From a virus, in the IMG/VR virus record IMGVR_UViG_3300009008_000029, positions 1-64,000 of that record: 64,000 bases of DNA. One strand, given 5' to 3'. Below, piece after piece: positions 8,240-17,872 of the stretch. Position numbers and translations under genes: made by a program. Within the stretch, counting starts at the first letter, position 1. Every line of letters starts with the position of its first letter. The notes beneath the pieces were generated by a model that made no database searches, was not told the origin of the DNA, and was given only the letters and a program-made list of their open reading frames with translations.

Positions 8240-10773
8240 ACACAGCAGTTGCAGGGAATGTTCTTCTCGACCCTATGACCCGAACAGAGATCCCTCTGGC
8301 AATGCAACGGATGGGACTGACGGGTCGTGTGGGTCCAAATGGTGGTGTGTTGACCGTGACACACCATTTCCAGTGCAAGGGTATCCGTCCGATGGAAGCC
8401 TTGTACGTCTTCCAACTCCCCAGAGGGGGTGCCCTACGCAAGTTTCTGGTGAAGGGTAAGGATTTTCAGATCGAGTCCCAGTTATCACCCCGTGCGGAAG
8501 CCAAGAAGACGTATGAGGAGGGTGTAGACGCCGGGCATTTGTCCACACTGGCCGAAACCAGTCTGGATGGCGTTGTGACACTGGCTATCGGACAGGTGCG
8601 TCCCGATGAGACGGTTTCTGTTGCCGTTGAGATTGTGGGCGGTGTGGAGACCCGTGACCAAGGGTACCGATTCCGGTTCCCGTTCACGTTGGCTCCCAGC
8701 TATCATTCCAAAGCCAATGCGGTACCAACGGCGGGGGGTGGCAAACTGGAGCTTCCCGGTGATGTGTTTGAGGATCTGGTCTTACCAGAGTGGCGTGAAG
8801 ATGCTTCGGGTCTCCACGAGGTAACCTTCCAGATGAGGGTCGAGACCGACGGCAAAGTAGGGACAATAGCGTCCCCCTCTCACAACATCACGGTTCAACC
8901 GAATGACGATGGAACGGCTGACATCTGGTTGGCGGGGCTTCACGACCAGCCGGATAGGGATCTGGTTGTGGATGTTACAACCAAGGAGCCTTCAGTTGTT
9001 GTGCATGTAGATGAGTCTTTGACTACGGACAAGCCGTCGAAGCCGTCGGTCAAGGGGAGTCCACGGTGGAAGATCAGTGTTCCGTCCCATCTGGTCCCGC
9101 AACAGCCGCAGCAACCCCGGCGGGTTTGTTTCGTGCTGGACCGTTCGGGTTCCATGAACGGGCCTCGGATAAACAAAGCGAAGTTGGCGTTACAGGCTTG
9201 TCTGACGGGGCTTCAGAGCATCGATCAGTTCGGGTTGCTGGCCTTTGACCACAATGTCTCCGTCTTTCATGAACAGATGGCCGAGGCTTCTGACAGCAAC
9301 CGGACGGAAGCCATCCGATTCCTGAATGGCATCCAGTCCGGTGGCACAACCGAGTTGTCCACTGCGTTGGCTGCGGCGGTCCAGATTCTGGGCGGTCCGG
9401 GCGGGGACGTGTTCCTGATCACGGACGGGGAGGTTTGGGAGACCGGTCCTATCATCGAACAGGCCGCAGCATGCGGCAGCCGTATTCATGTGTTGGGTGT
9501 GGGTGAAGCCTCACAGGATCGTTTTCTGGCGTCACTGGCCCGCCGGACGGGTGGGGTCCAGAAAATGGTCAACACGACCGAGGACGTGGCAACAATGGCG
9601 TTGGAGTTGTTCAATGCGGTGCGTACTCCTCGTCTGATGGAAGTGTCGGCTCTCGTTGAGACGGCGAGCGGGGGTGAGACCCAGAAGCATGACATCGGAA
9701 CGGTTTGGGAGGGCCGACCCATTGAGATCATGGACAATGGTACTTCCGGGACGTACCTCCCGGTCCGTGTGGGCTTTTGCTGGGGTCCGAGTGAGAATAC
9801 AACGGTAGACCTTGCGGGGGCTTGCCGTAAGGTTCCTGACGGCGAGTTGGCCCTCGTATGGGCCGGACAGCAGGTAGAGGATCTGGAAGCGGCTCTCGAT
9901 ATGACAAAGAGCGGACCGGCCCGTGTAGCCGTTGAGCAGGAGTTGAAGGAACTGTCGGCGGGGTACGAGCTTGCCAGCCGTGTCATGTCACTGGTCGCCG
10001 TCCATAAGAGGGTCGGGGATCAGGCGGGTGAGACCCCGGAGCAGAAGATGGTTCCGGTAGGTATGCCTTCGGATATGGTCGGTCAGGGGGGAGTTTTCGG
10101 CAAGGGTGTCCTTCGGTCAGCGTCCCTGAACTTCTGTTCCTCCACCGGTGGAGGAACTACCTCTAGGGGTCTGGACATGGCGGATGCTCATCCGAGCACG
10201 TCATATGCAGCGGCTACCAATACTGCGTCCCTCAGTTGTGAGACGCAGACCAGCGGGAGTTGGTCGTTGGATACGTCGACCACAAAGGGTCACCTCGGCG
10301 GCACCCGGAGTCGGAAAATGTCTGACCCGTACAAGAGCATCGTTTTTAACGATACGATGGCTGAGAATCTCCTCCAGATGGCGGGAGGTGTCATTGCCTA
10401 TCTGGGTGACCTCAAGAGTGACGGTGGGTTGCCGGGCGATGATATGGCGACTCGGATGGCAAAGACGGCGGTACTGGCCAATCTGGTTCTCCAGAGGAAA
10501 ATCCAGTCCCGTTCCAGTGCTTTCACAAAGCACCTCATCAAGATGGCTGATTTCTTGGACGCCCATAAGGAGTCTTTCCCGGAACTCAACCGGGTCGGGT
10601 GGAAGACCTGTGAAATCATCGGGGCCATTGTTGATGTGTTTCGGGCGGGGACTGAGTTGCTTCCCGCTACTGATGTTGAATGGGACCGTGAATTTGCGGC
10701 CTTCTATCAGAAAGCGACCTTGTCAGCGGATGAGGTCGCCGACATCTGGACGAATTTGTCTCCCCTGAGTTGA
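8236..10773 (+). CDS. VIT + vWA domain protein
   Basis: VIT-like N-terminus (EALYVFQLP...EAKKTYE...G.L..L) and intact MIDAS residues (DRSGS at 9139, GGT, LITDG). ATGA overlap with the MerR gene. Confidence 0.9.
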   Translation: MNTAVAGNVLLDPMTRTEIPLAMQRMGLTGRVGPNGGVLTVTHHFQCKGIRPMEALYVFQLPRGGALRKFLVKGKDFQIESQLSPRAEAKKTYEEGVDAGHLSTLAETSLDGVVTLAIGQVRPDETVSVAVEIVGGVETRDQGYRFRFPFTLAPSYHSKANAVPTAGGGKLELPGDVFEDLVLPEWREDASGLHEVTFQMRVETDGKVGTIASPSHNITVQPNDDGTADIWLAGLHDQPDRDLVVDVTTKEPSVVVHVDESLTTDKPSKPSVKGSPRWKISVPSHLVPQQPQQPRRVCFVLDRSGSMNGPRINKAKLALQACLTGLQSIDQFGLLAFDHNVSVFHEQMAEASDSNRTEAIRFLNGIQSGGTTELSTALAAAVQILGGPGGDVFLITDGEVWETGPIIEQAAACGSRIHVLGVGEASQDRFLASLARRTGGVQKMVNTTEDVATMALELFNAVRTPRLMEVSALVETASGGETQKHDIGTVWEGRPIEIMDNGTSGTYLPVRVGFCWGPSENTTVDLAGACRKVPDGELALVWAGQQVEDLEAALDMTKSGPARVAVEQELKELSAGYELASRVMSLVAVHKRVGDQAGETPEQKMVPVGMPSDMVGQGGVFGKGVLRSASLNFCSSTGGGTTSRGLDMADAHPSTSYAAATNTASLSCETQTSGSWSLDTSTTKGHLGGTRSRKMSDPYKSIVFNDTMAENLLQMAGGVIAYLGDLKSDGGLPGDDMATRMAKTAVLANLVLQRKIQSRSSAFTKHLIKMADFLDAHKESFPELNRVGWKTCEIIGAIVDVFRAGTELLPATDVEWDREFAAFYQKATLSADEVADIWTNLSPLS

Positions 10774-10846
10774 ACCCACCCCGTTAATTTGCCTTTGACC
10801 TGTCCTCATAGATAGGAGAGGGCAGGTCGATATCCCGCCTCGGGAT

Positions 10847-10877
10847 CGTTGATCCGCCTATATACGAGCTTAGGTGA
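10847..10877 (+). promoter_or_regulatory. putative phage late-promoter motif, copy 2 (CGTT-N7-CTAT-N13-TGA)
   Basis: Intergenic, about 40 nt upstream of the tube gene, with the same spacing as the other copies. Confidence 0.5.
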
Positions 10878-10918
10878 GAGCGAACGCTGAATCGAAGCGT
10901 AGCTGATGGAGGCTTCTA

Positions 10919-11773
10919 ATGGCAGATCCAAATGCGGGAAAGAATCAGGACATCAACCCCCAGAACGGGGTAGGTGGGACGTCGTACCTGTATGATTTCG
11001 GAACCTCACCCAATACCCGGACAGCGGTCTCCCAGAAGGTTCGCATCCTGACGCCTCACTACGGGTCGTCACAGGCGATGCACCAGATGGGCGTCCTGTC
11101 ATCCTTCAACCCCACCCAGAGTCGGACGGTTGAGCCGGTTCGGGGCGTGGGTTTCGGGGATAAGGTAGCGGAATTGGTGCCGAGTGTGACGGAACCGACG
11201 ACGGGTTCCTTTGAGCGTGCCCTCCTGTACTTGTGCAATCTGTGGCAAGCAACGGGATACGCAGCGGGCGTCGACGGCCCAGTCAGGTCGTTGGCTCACC
11301 ACAAGTGGCCGTTCGATATGGAGCAGCAGCTTGTGTTCAGCACGCTGGCTGATCAGGACATGGGCGGGAACGCCAACACTGGCTACGGTGGTTCCGCCGG
11401 GAATTTCGACGGCGGCGTGAAGGCCATCGGATTCCCGCAGGTAACCCACAATGGGAGTCAGGGGTCACCGGATCTGGTGCCTGAGAATCGGGGTCACTCA
11501 GCCATTATCACCATTTACGAAGCCGCATGGTTCACCTCTTGGTCCGTGACGTTCTCCAAGGACGCCGGAATGATCATGGAGTCCGGGGACGTCAGCATCA
11601 GTGACGTTCACGATTTCGCCAGTGTCTACGGTGAGTTCCTCGCCACTGGTAACGACCCCACAATCGGCCAGTTGGGTTCCATCCGGTTCGCTGAAGGGTT
11701 CGCTGAGCCGAACATCGCATCGGCAGGTGGCGGCATTGAGGGTGGTAACACCATCTCGGCCTTTGTCAGCTAG
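10919..11773 (+). CDS. tail tube protein
   Basis: SQKVRI...GVLSSF...SRTVEPVRGVGFGD..AELVP...ERALLY...WPFD...TIYEAAWF resembles myovirus tube proteins. Sits between the sheath and the chaperone/tape measure genes. RBS GGAGG. Confidence 0.8.
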   Translation: MADPNAGKNQDINPQNGVGGTSYLYDFGTSPNTRTAVSQKVRILTPHYGSSQAMHQMGVLSSFNPTQSRTVEPVRGVGFGDKVAELVPSVTEPTTGSFERALLYLCNLWQATGYAAGVDGPVRSLAHHKWPFDMEQQLVFSTLADQDMGGNANTGYGGSAGNFDGGVKAIGFPQVTHNGSQGSPDLVPENRGHSAIITIYEAAWFTSWSVTFSKDAGMIMESGDVSISDVHDFASVYGEFLATGNDPTIGQLGSIRFAEGFAEPNIASAGGGIEGGNTISAFVS

Positions 11774-11816
11774 GTATAGTGAGTATGACCGTGGGCGTGG
11801 CCCGCTGGATTGACAG

Positions 11817-11996
11817 ATAGAGAGAGCAGCCTCTGCGGCCTTGTGTAACAGACCGACAGATGGAAATGTGAACGAACAAGTTGTGCTGTAGTTCCCCTGC
11901 TTTTTGCGGGTGGTTAGATGGGAAAGGACGAAACAGATAGGCACAGATCGCATCTTTGCGCTGTCCATAGGCTCGTCGCAGCCGCTGTTTCTCTAT
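11817..11996 (+). ncRNA. putative structured RNA element B (rod-like, paralogue of element A)
   Basis: Nested pairings 11817-30/11984-96, 11833-39/11975-81, 11855-59/11961-65, 11866-71/11948-53 and 11881-87/11940-46, plus apical hairpin CCUGC-UUUUU-GCGGG. Core shared with 638-670. Confidence 0.6.
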
Positions 11997-12016
11997 AACA
12001 CGGATTGGAGGAAGGG

Positions 12017-13231
12017 ATGCAGATCTCTCTAGAGGCACTGGGTCAAGCTATTGCACCCATTGAACAACTGGGACAGGGGGAGTTGACGTTTAAGGTGGGG
12101 GCCACCCCTATCACCTTGAGGATTATGACTCCTGAAGCTGAAATCGATGTGCAACGGTTTGCCAACGAGACCTTGGACGATGACGGGAACATGGCTGCCA
12201 CAGCGGATTATCTGGAACGCTTCAAGTTGGCGGTGTTGTCGCATGCCATCGTTCAGGTCGGGGATCTGGATCTCCGGGGTGTGAAGACCGTTGAGACGGG
12301 CGAGTTTCTGGATGATGGGACGACGCCCAAGAAAATCACGAAGATTAGGGCTGTCCGGGAAACGATCCTCAAGTGGTCCGGTTCCATCCGGCTCGCTGTG
12401 TTCCGTAAGTACGGGGAACTGGTAGAAGAGGTGGAACGCAAGGCTGAGAAGGCCGTTGAGTTCAAACCTACGGACATCGATGCTGAAATTGAGCGGGTTA
12501 AAGCCCGGCTCAAAGAACTGGAGGATGAGAAAGCCAAGGGGTTGGAGAATCCCGTTGAGACCCCCGTGGGCCGAATGTCCAAAGCCGTAGCCGCCAATGA
12601 TGCTTTGGAACAGGCGGAGACCAGCGAGAAGCTGAGTCGGATAGCCGCCGGGCAAGTCGAGCCTGAAGAGGTAGAACCGGCACCCACACCGCAGAAACCG
12701 CCCCAAACGGCCCGACAGCCCGTCACACCGACCCAAGCGGCCCCTCCGCCCCCGCCTAAGCCACAGGAGCCACCCTCGGCCCCTGTCGCACCCCAACAGG
12801 CACCTGAGCAGCCGTTACCGGCCCCTCCGCCCCCGCAGGACTCATTTGTAGATTCATCGGACCCGGATCAGATGAACGCAGCGGTTGCGGAAGAGAATCG
12901 CCGGTTGATGGCGGCCCGGATGGGAACGTCGGCGGCCCAGATGCCGGACTCGGTACTTGCTGCCGCCGCTCAGGTTGGAATCGCCAAGCCTCCGCACCTT
13001 GAGGCCCAGAAAGCGATGGAAGAGTTGGAGAACACCCCGACGGAGGATGCGACTGCGAAACCCGAACCGGACCCCCAGCCGGATCAGCGTCCCACTTTCC
13101 GGCTGCCCGTCGAAGAAGTTGGGCCTCATACAGGGGGCCAGACGGCGGGTGAAGCACCTCAAGTGACGTTGAATGATCCAAATGCGGGGAAAGGAACACG
13201 TAACCCTCGTTTCAGGACGCCGCAACAGTAG
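12017..13231 (+). CDS. putative tail assembly chaperone with Pro/Gln-rich disordered C-terminal half
   Basis: Position between tube and tape measure genes. Start moved to ATG 12017 behind GGAGG. Folded N-terminal domain, coiled coil, then a Pro-rich tail. Confidence 0.55.
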   Translation: MQISLEALGQAIAPIEQLGQGELTFKVGATPITLRIMTPEAEIDVQRFANETLDDDGNMAATADYLERFKLAVLSHAIVQVGDLDLRGVKTVETGEFLDDGTTPKKITKIRAVRETILKWSGSIRLAVFRKYGELVEEVERKAEKAVEFKPTDIDAEIERVKARLKELEDEKAKGLENPVETPVGRMSKAVAANDALEQAETSEKLSRIAAGQVEPEEVEPAPTPQKPPQTARQPVTPTQAAPPPPPKPQEPPSAPVAPQQAPEQPLPAPPPPQDSFVDSSDPDQMNAAVAEENRRLMAARMGTSAAQMPDSVLAAAAQVGIAKPPHLEAQKAMEELENTPTEDATAKPEPDPQPDQRPTFRLPVEEVGPHTGGQTAGEAPQVTLNDPNAGKGTRNPRFRTPQQ

Positions 13232-13247
13232 ATGATGGGAAGGGCTG

Positions 13248-14432
13248 ATGCAGAGTGCGTTGCAGAGTACCACACCGGATCAACGCCACCCTTTGTACCG
13301 GGATGTGGAAACCCTCATCGCTCCGGGGTTCCTGAGTCAGCACGTCACCGTTAATGATGTCCCTCTAGCCCTACGGTCCCTTTTTCCGGGAGACATTTAT
13401 CTCCTCCAAGCCCGAGTTGGTAATGGCGGAGATTCCGAATGGAAAAACTGGGCCATCGCTTCTTCCATCTGGTTGGTTCAGGGGTATATGGTCTCGGACC
13501 CGAATCTTGTCCCTCGTCTGTACCGGATGATCAAGGCACTCCCCAAACGGGCGAGAGACCGGCTCTTTTCCATCGTAGTCTCGATGTTCGACCGCCAAGG
13601 AAAAGCACTGGAGGCTACCGAGTCCTATTGCTACGAGACCTTTTCCCGATACCAATGGCGAACCTACGGAGGTCATAACCCAACGGATCACATGGGAATC
13701 TCCGGGTTGGAGAAGCTGGGGACAAATCACATCCAGAGAATGTGGACCTTCTACAACTCGGTTGAAGATCAACGTATCCAAGATGACCGAATGTGGGAGG
13801 GGTTCAAGCTGTCTATCTCGCCCCACACCAAGGGCGTCAAGAAGATCGACCAGAAGGATATTCAGCAGCGGCGGGAAGAGTTGGCACGGCGTCAAGAGGT
13901 CCAAGACAAGTTCTTCTACACTGCAACTGGCGTGTTGGAAATTGGACCCAAGGGCGAGGTCAAGGATGCACCTCCGGGTATGGCGGTCAAATCCGTCGAG
14001 GATTTGGAGCAAGAGATGTACCGGTGGGTGACGGGTCAGGAGGACCAGCACGACGAGATTGTCAGGGCGTACAAGGAACGCATTTCACGGAAGCATCAGG
14101 CCGCCAAGGAGGAGCGGGAACGTCGGGCTGCCATGATGCGTGAAGAGTATGACGACAATGCGGTTTTGGCATCGACTGCATTGGTTGGTTATACGGCGGA
14201 CCAGTTGAGAGAGGTTTTGAAGGGCCGCAAGACGGGTGTGAAATCCGTTCTGCCGGGAGGCGGTGGTGTCCGAGATTATCTCTATGAGAAGTATATAGAG
14301 AGGCCCGCTGATGCTGGGTTGTTGAAAGCCGAGAACGGCCAGTTGAAGGCGGGGGGTGGTAAAAACCTGACACCCCACTTAGATGGGCGTCAGGTTCCTT
14401 TCCAAGTGGATGACTCGGGGAGCGAGGAATAA
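13248..14432 (+). CDS. putative second tail assembly chaperone
   Basis: Directly upstream of the tape measure gene. N-terminal ~110 aa resemble the preceding protein. Confidence 0.5.
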   Translation: MQSALQSTTPDQRHPLYRDVETLIAPGFLSQHVTVNDVPLALRSLFPGDIYLLQARVGNGGDSEWKNWAIASSIWLVQGYMVSDPNLVPRLYRMIKALPKRARDRLFSIVVSMFDRQGKALEATESYCYETFSRYQWRTYGGHNPTDHMGISGLEKLGTNHIQRMWTFYNSVEDQRIQDDRMWEGFKLSISPHTKGVKKIDQKDIQQRREELARRQEVQDKFFYTATGVLEIGPKGEVKDAPPGMAVKSVEDLEQEMYRWVTGQEDQHDEIVRAYKERISRKHQAAKEERERRAAMMREEYDDNAVLASTALVGYTADQLREVLKGRKTGVKSVLPGGGGVRDYLYEKYIERPADAGLLKAENGQLKAGGGKNLTPHLDGRQVPFQVDDSGSEE

Positions 14433-14435
14433 GCC

Positions 14436-17400
14436 GTGGCAGGTGCAAACCAAAATGTTGTTGATGTCCTTTTAGGAATTGAACCCAAAGGATTAAGCAA
14501 CTTCAACAAAGCACTGACTCAGGTCTCCATCGATGCCATGACCACGATGTCTAAGCGTGGGGCAGAGAAATTCCTGAAGGAGATGAAAACCACCTACGGG
14601 AAGCTGGAAAAGGCTCAGATGGAGTCGGCCAGAATCCTGCACAAGCTCAAGAAAGAGGAACTCACTGATATCCAGCGGCGGGAGTTGACCCACCGTCATC
14701 AGATGCTGCAAGGGGACATCAAGGACATCGAGAAGCGGTCCAAGATGGAACTGGAAGCAGCCGATAAGGTTGCCAAGCGTCGTAAGGCCCACTTTGAGAA
14801 ACAAGCCAAGGCTCAGGAAAGGATCGGCAAAGTAGGAGAGGTTGGGGAGCAATTCGGGGAGGAAATGGCGAAAGCCTTTGCGGACCTGACCTCCAAGGAC
14901 ATCGGACAGATGTTCAAGGGTCCATTGACCCAGATGGGTACCCTCACCAAGAAAATGGGAGAGGGTATCGGTAAGCGGGCGAAGCCGGACAGTGCAATAG
15001 GCAAGATCGGGGGCATGATGAGCAAGCTGGGGCCAGCGTTGATGGCTATCGGGGCCATCGCCGCCGGATTTGCCGCACTTCTCAAAATCTTTATTGATGC
15101 CGATGCTCAGGCCAAAGAGTTCAACCGAACGTTGATGGAGTCGGGTGCCGCAGCCGGGGAACTGACGGACAATTTAGGGGTTATCGGGACTAACCTTACC
15201 ACTATTCGAAGTGCCTTTACTGATTTCTCGTTCAACCGGATATGGGGTACTACCGCCAAAGATCATCTTGAGATTCTGGGTGCCTATGCGGGAGCGGGGA
15301 TGACCTTCAAGAAATTAACCCAAGGCATCGACGACGCTGCGGGCAAGATGCAGACTCTTCAGAAAGCGACCTCCCAGACGCTGGCCTACGCCAAGCTATT
15401 TGGACAGACCAATACGGAAATGGCTGGGAACATGGGGATGTGGATGGAGGAATTGGGGCACAACTTTGAAACCATTGAAGAAGCGTTATCGGGCATTCAT
15501 GATGCTGCGATGGAATCGGGTTTTGGTGTCAAACGATTTTACGGAATGATCCTTCAGGCCACCTCCGGGATGTCAATGTACAATGTCCGGTTGAACGAGA
15601 CCGCAGGGCTTTTGATGCAGTTGTCTAAGGTGCTGGGGCCAAATAAGGGGGGTGAGTTCTTACAGAACCTGCTGGGTGGGTTTAAAGAAACTAGCACCGC
15701 TGATCGAACAAAGACGGTGATGCGGACGGGGGAAGACCGCACGATTGAAATTCTCCGTAAAGGTGCGACAGATGCGGTGGGGGACTTTAGGGACAAGATG
15801 AAATCTAGCAAGGCAGGGGAGGAGGTAGCGGCGCAGATTGAGAACTCCTTGGGTTTGAAGAAGGGTGAGAGTCAAACGATGTCACCCGAGAAGCTGATGA
15901 GTAAGCTGGGGAATCTCCCCGATAATGCTCGTGATGACTTGGTATTTGCAATCCAGGCGTTGGATGAACCTCTGGCCCGCCAAATGGCTGCTGTGACAAA
16001 CAAAGCATTGGTGGCCCAAGGGGGGCGGGGAGGGGCGCAAGCATCCTTGCAGTTTGCTTCCCCTGCGGAGGCACTCGCCATCCAGTTGAATGAGCTTCAA
16101 GGTGTTTTGGGTAAGCGAGTGGACCAGATCGATCTGACGAATGAAGAGGAGCGAATTGCTTGGGAGAACATTACTGGAGTCCAAGGTGAGGCGGCACTCC
16201 AATTGTGGGAGGTTGGGAACAACGCCTCTGCTGCAAGCCGGATGCTGAAAGAGGCTCAGTCCCAGTTGAAAAAGACCCCCAAGGACATAGACAAAATCAA
16301 TGAGAGATTACATAAGCAGGGGTACGAGATTGGTGCCTCCGGGGATGTCTATAAGGTCCGAAAAGAAGTGGATGATGAGGGGGAGAAGCATTGGGTTCAG
16401 GTGGGGAACATCATCGGAACTTCGGTCGAGGATGTCATTTTGGGTTCCGGTGATGAACTGGCCCAGATTGCAAAGGAAAAGGTGCCCGTCGATATTGCCC
16501 TCGCTCAGGAGGTAGCACGCAGTACGACTGAGATGACCAAGATATTGGAGCAGGGCGTTGAGTATTGGTTGGAGCGTATCCACGGGGGAGTCGAGGATCT
16601 TATCAATATGTTCGGGGGCGGCAAGGAACGTAAGGCCCGTGACAGTTTGACGAGAGACAATAGGATACAGACGAAAGAGGCACGTACTGCTTTACGTGAC
16701 ACGGAACGTCAAATAGCGGCTTTAGAAGTGGAAAAGACATCCACGACTTCGAAAAAAGAAAAGGAAGAATTGCAGCTCAAAATCGATGCCCTCCAAAAGG
16801 GGGCAGACCGGCAAAAGGCCGCCGTTGAGACGCTCATGAAGGATGCTCAGAGATTGCAGCAGGTGGAATCGAGAAAAGGGTTCGGCAGTAGGCAGAGAAG
16901 CAAATCGGAACTGCGTATCGCAGCAAAGATGGGTCGTGGAGATGCTTCCTTTTTCCATCAACGACCTCAAGTGGTACGGGATATCGGGCTGAATTTGGCG
17001 AGCGCAAAAGGGGCTGGGGCGGGTCTTTCCCAGTTGGAAACGGATTTCGACGGTGCGGCCTCCCCTGATGGTGATTTGGGGAAGGAATATAAGCGGTTAG
17101 GGGAGGAATTTGCAAAGACACTGTTTTTGGCGGCGGAAAAAGGCGCACAGCCCCAATTCCTTGCACGGGGCGACAGCGCACTTGACCCCAGTTTCCAAAA
17201 GAACATCTACAAGAATGTCAAGGAAACATTAGGTGCCGACGAGATCGTTAAAACTCTCGATGAGATACAGACAAGAAACGAGTTTGCGGCACAGAAGCGG
17301 GAAGAGGTGTTGGCGAAAGCCGACAATGACTTCTTCACGTCCCGAGCGGAAAAAAAGCGAGCGACGGAATTAGCCCAGAAGATTGTTGAGGAAGGTAAGG

Positions 17401-17864
17401 GTTGGGAAAAAGAGAAACAGGAAGACGATATCGCCAAGTATCTTGAGATGACGGGCCTAAGCAAAGGTGATGCGAGGAGAGGAGCAAAAGCATTAACTGG
17501 GACGGGCAGTTTCGACAACAACAGGGGTTTGTTCACCGATGAGAGAGCCTCGGCAATCCTCAGAGATCTGGGTGATTCCAGAGCACTCGATTGGGGTAAC
17601 AAATATATGTTGGAGGAACAGGTCAAGAATATCGGTAGTACCCCACCCGCCGGTGACCTCGTCATGCAGATTGGCAGCGAGGGCGTCAAGTTCGCCCAAC
17701 GAGTCGATCCCGGAGACGTTGGAGTCTTTGCTAAGGCCGGGGGTGCCCTCGCAAATGCAAAGGGTGGCGGTGGCGGTGGTGTGAACGTCTATCACCTCTA
17801 CGGTGAAGGTCCGGGTGTTTTGAACACGATTACGAAAGCCCAGCAGTCCGGGCTGTTGTCTTGA
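14436..17864 (+). CDS. tape measure protein
   Basis: 1142 aa, helical and K/E/A/G-rich, with a hydrophobic segment LGPALMAIGAIAAGFAALLKIF. Canonical position in the tail operon. Confidence 0.75.
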   Translation: MAGANQNVVDVLLGIEPKGLSNFNKALTQVSIDAMTTMSKRGAEKFLKEMKTTYGKLEKAQMESARILHKLKKEELTDIQRRELTHRHQMLQGDIKDIEKRSKMELEAADKVAKRRKAHFEKQAKAQERIGKVGEVGEQFGEEMAKAFADLTSKDIGQMFKGPLTQMGTLTKKMGEGIGKRAKPDSAIGKIGGMMSKLGPALMAIGAIAAGFAALLKIFIDADAQAKEFNRTLMESGAAAGELTDNLGVIGTNLTTIRSAFTDFSFNRIWGTTAKDHLEILGAYAGAGMTFKKLTQGIDDAAGKMQTLQKATSQTLAYAKLFGQTNTEMAGNMGMWMEELGHNFETIEEALSGIHDAAMESGFGVKRFYGMILQATSGMSMYNVRLNETAGLLMQLSKVLGPNKGGEFLQNLLGGFKETSTADRTKTVMRTGEDRTIEILRKGATDAVGDFRDKMKSSKAGEEVAAQIENSLGLKKGESQTMSPEKLMSKLGNLPDNARDDLVFAIQALDEPLARQMAAVTNKALVAQGGRGGAQASLQFASPAEALAIQLNELQGVLGKRVDQIDLTNEEERIAWENITGVQGEAALQLWEVGNNASAASRMLKEAQSQLKKTPKDIDKINERLHKQGYEIGASGDVYKVRKEVDDEGEKHWVQVGNIIGTSVEDVILGSGDELAQIAKEKVPVDIALAQEVARSTTEMTKILEQGVEYWLERIHGGVEDLINMFGGGKERKARDSLTRDNRIQTKEARTALRDTERQIAALEVEKTSTTSKKEKEELQLKIDALQKGADRQKAAVETLMKDAQRLQQVESRKGFGSRQRSKSELRIAAKMGRGDASFFHQRPQVVRDIGLNLASAKGAGAGLSQLETDFDGAASPDGDLGKEYKRLGEEFAKTLFLAAEKGAQPQFLARGDSALDPSFQKNIYKNVKETLGADEIVKTLDEIQTRNEFAAQKREEVLAKADNDFFTSRAEKKRATELAQKIVEEGKGWEKEKQEDDIAKYLEMTGLSKGDARRGAKALTGTGSFDNNRGLFTDERASAILRDLGDSRALDWGNKYMLEEQVKNIGSTPPAGDLVMQIGSEGVKFAQRVDPGDVGVFAKAGGALANAKGGGGGGVNVYHLYGEGPGVLNTITKAQQSGLLS

Positions 17865-17872
17865 GGTAGGTA

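Noticed and set aside
10797-10828. Hairpin GACCTGTCCTC/GAGGGCAGGTC after the VIT-vWA gene as an intrinsic terminator
   Set aside because: The stem is real but there is no U-tract on either strand, so it was not called.
11810-11815. TTGACA at 11810 (and at 698) as sigma70 -35 boxes
   Set aside because: No acceptable -10 box at 16-18 bp downstream.
11983-11997. CGCT-N6-CTATA as a fifth late-promoter copy
   Set aside because: The spacing is off by one, there is no TAG/TGA box at +13, and the sequence is explained by the closing stem of element B.
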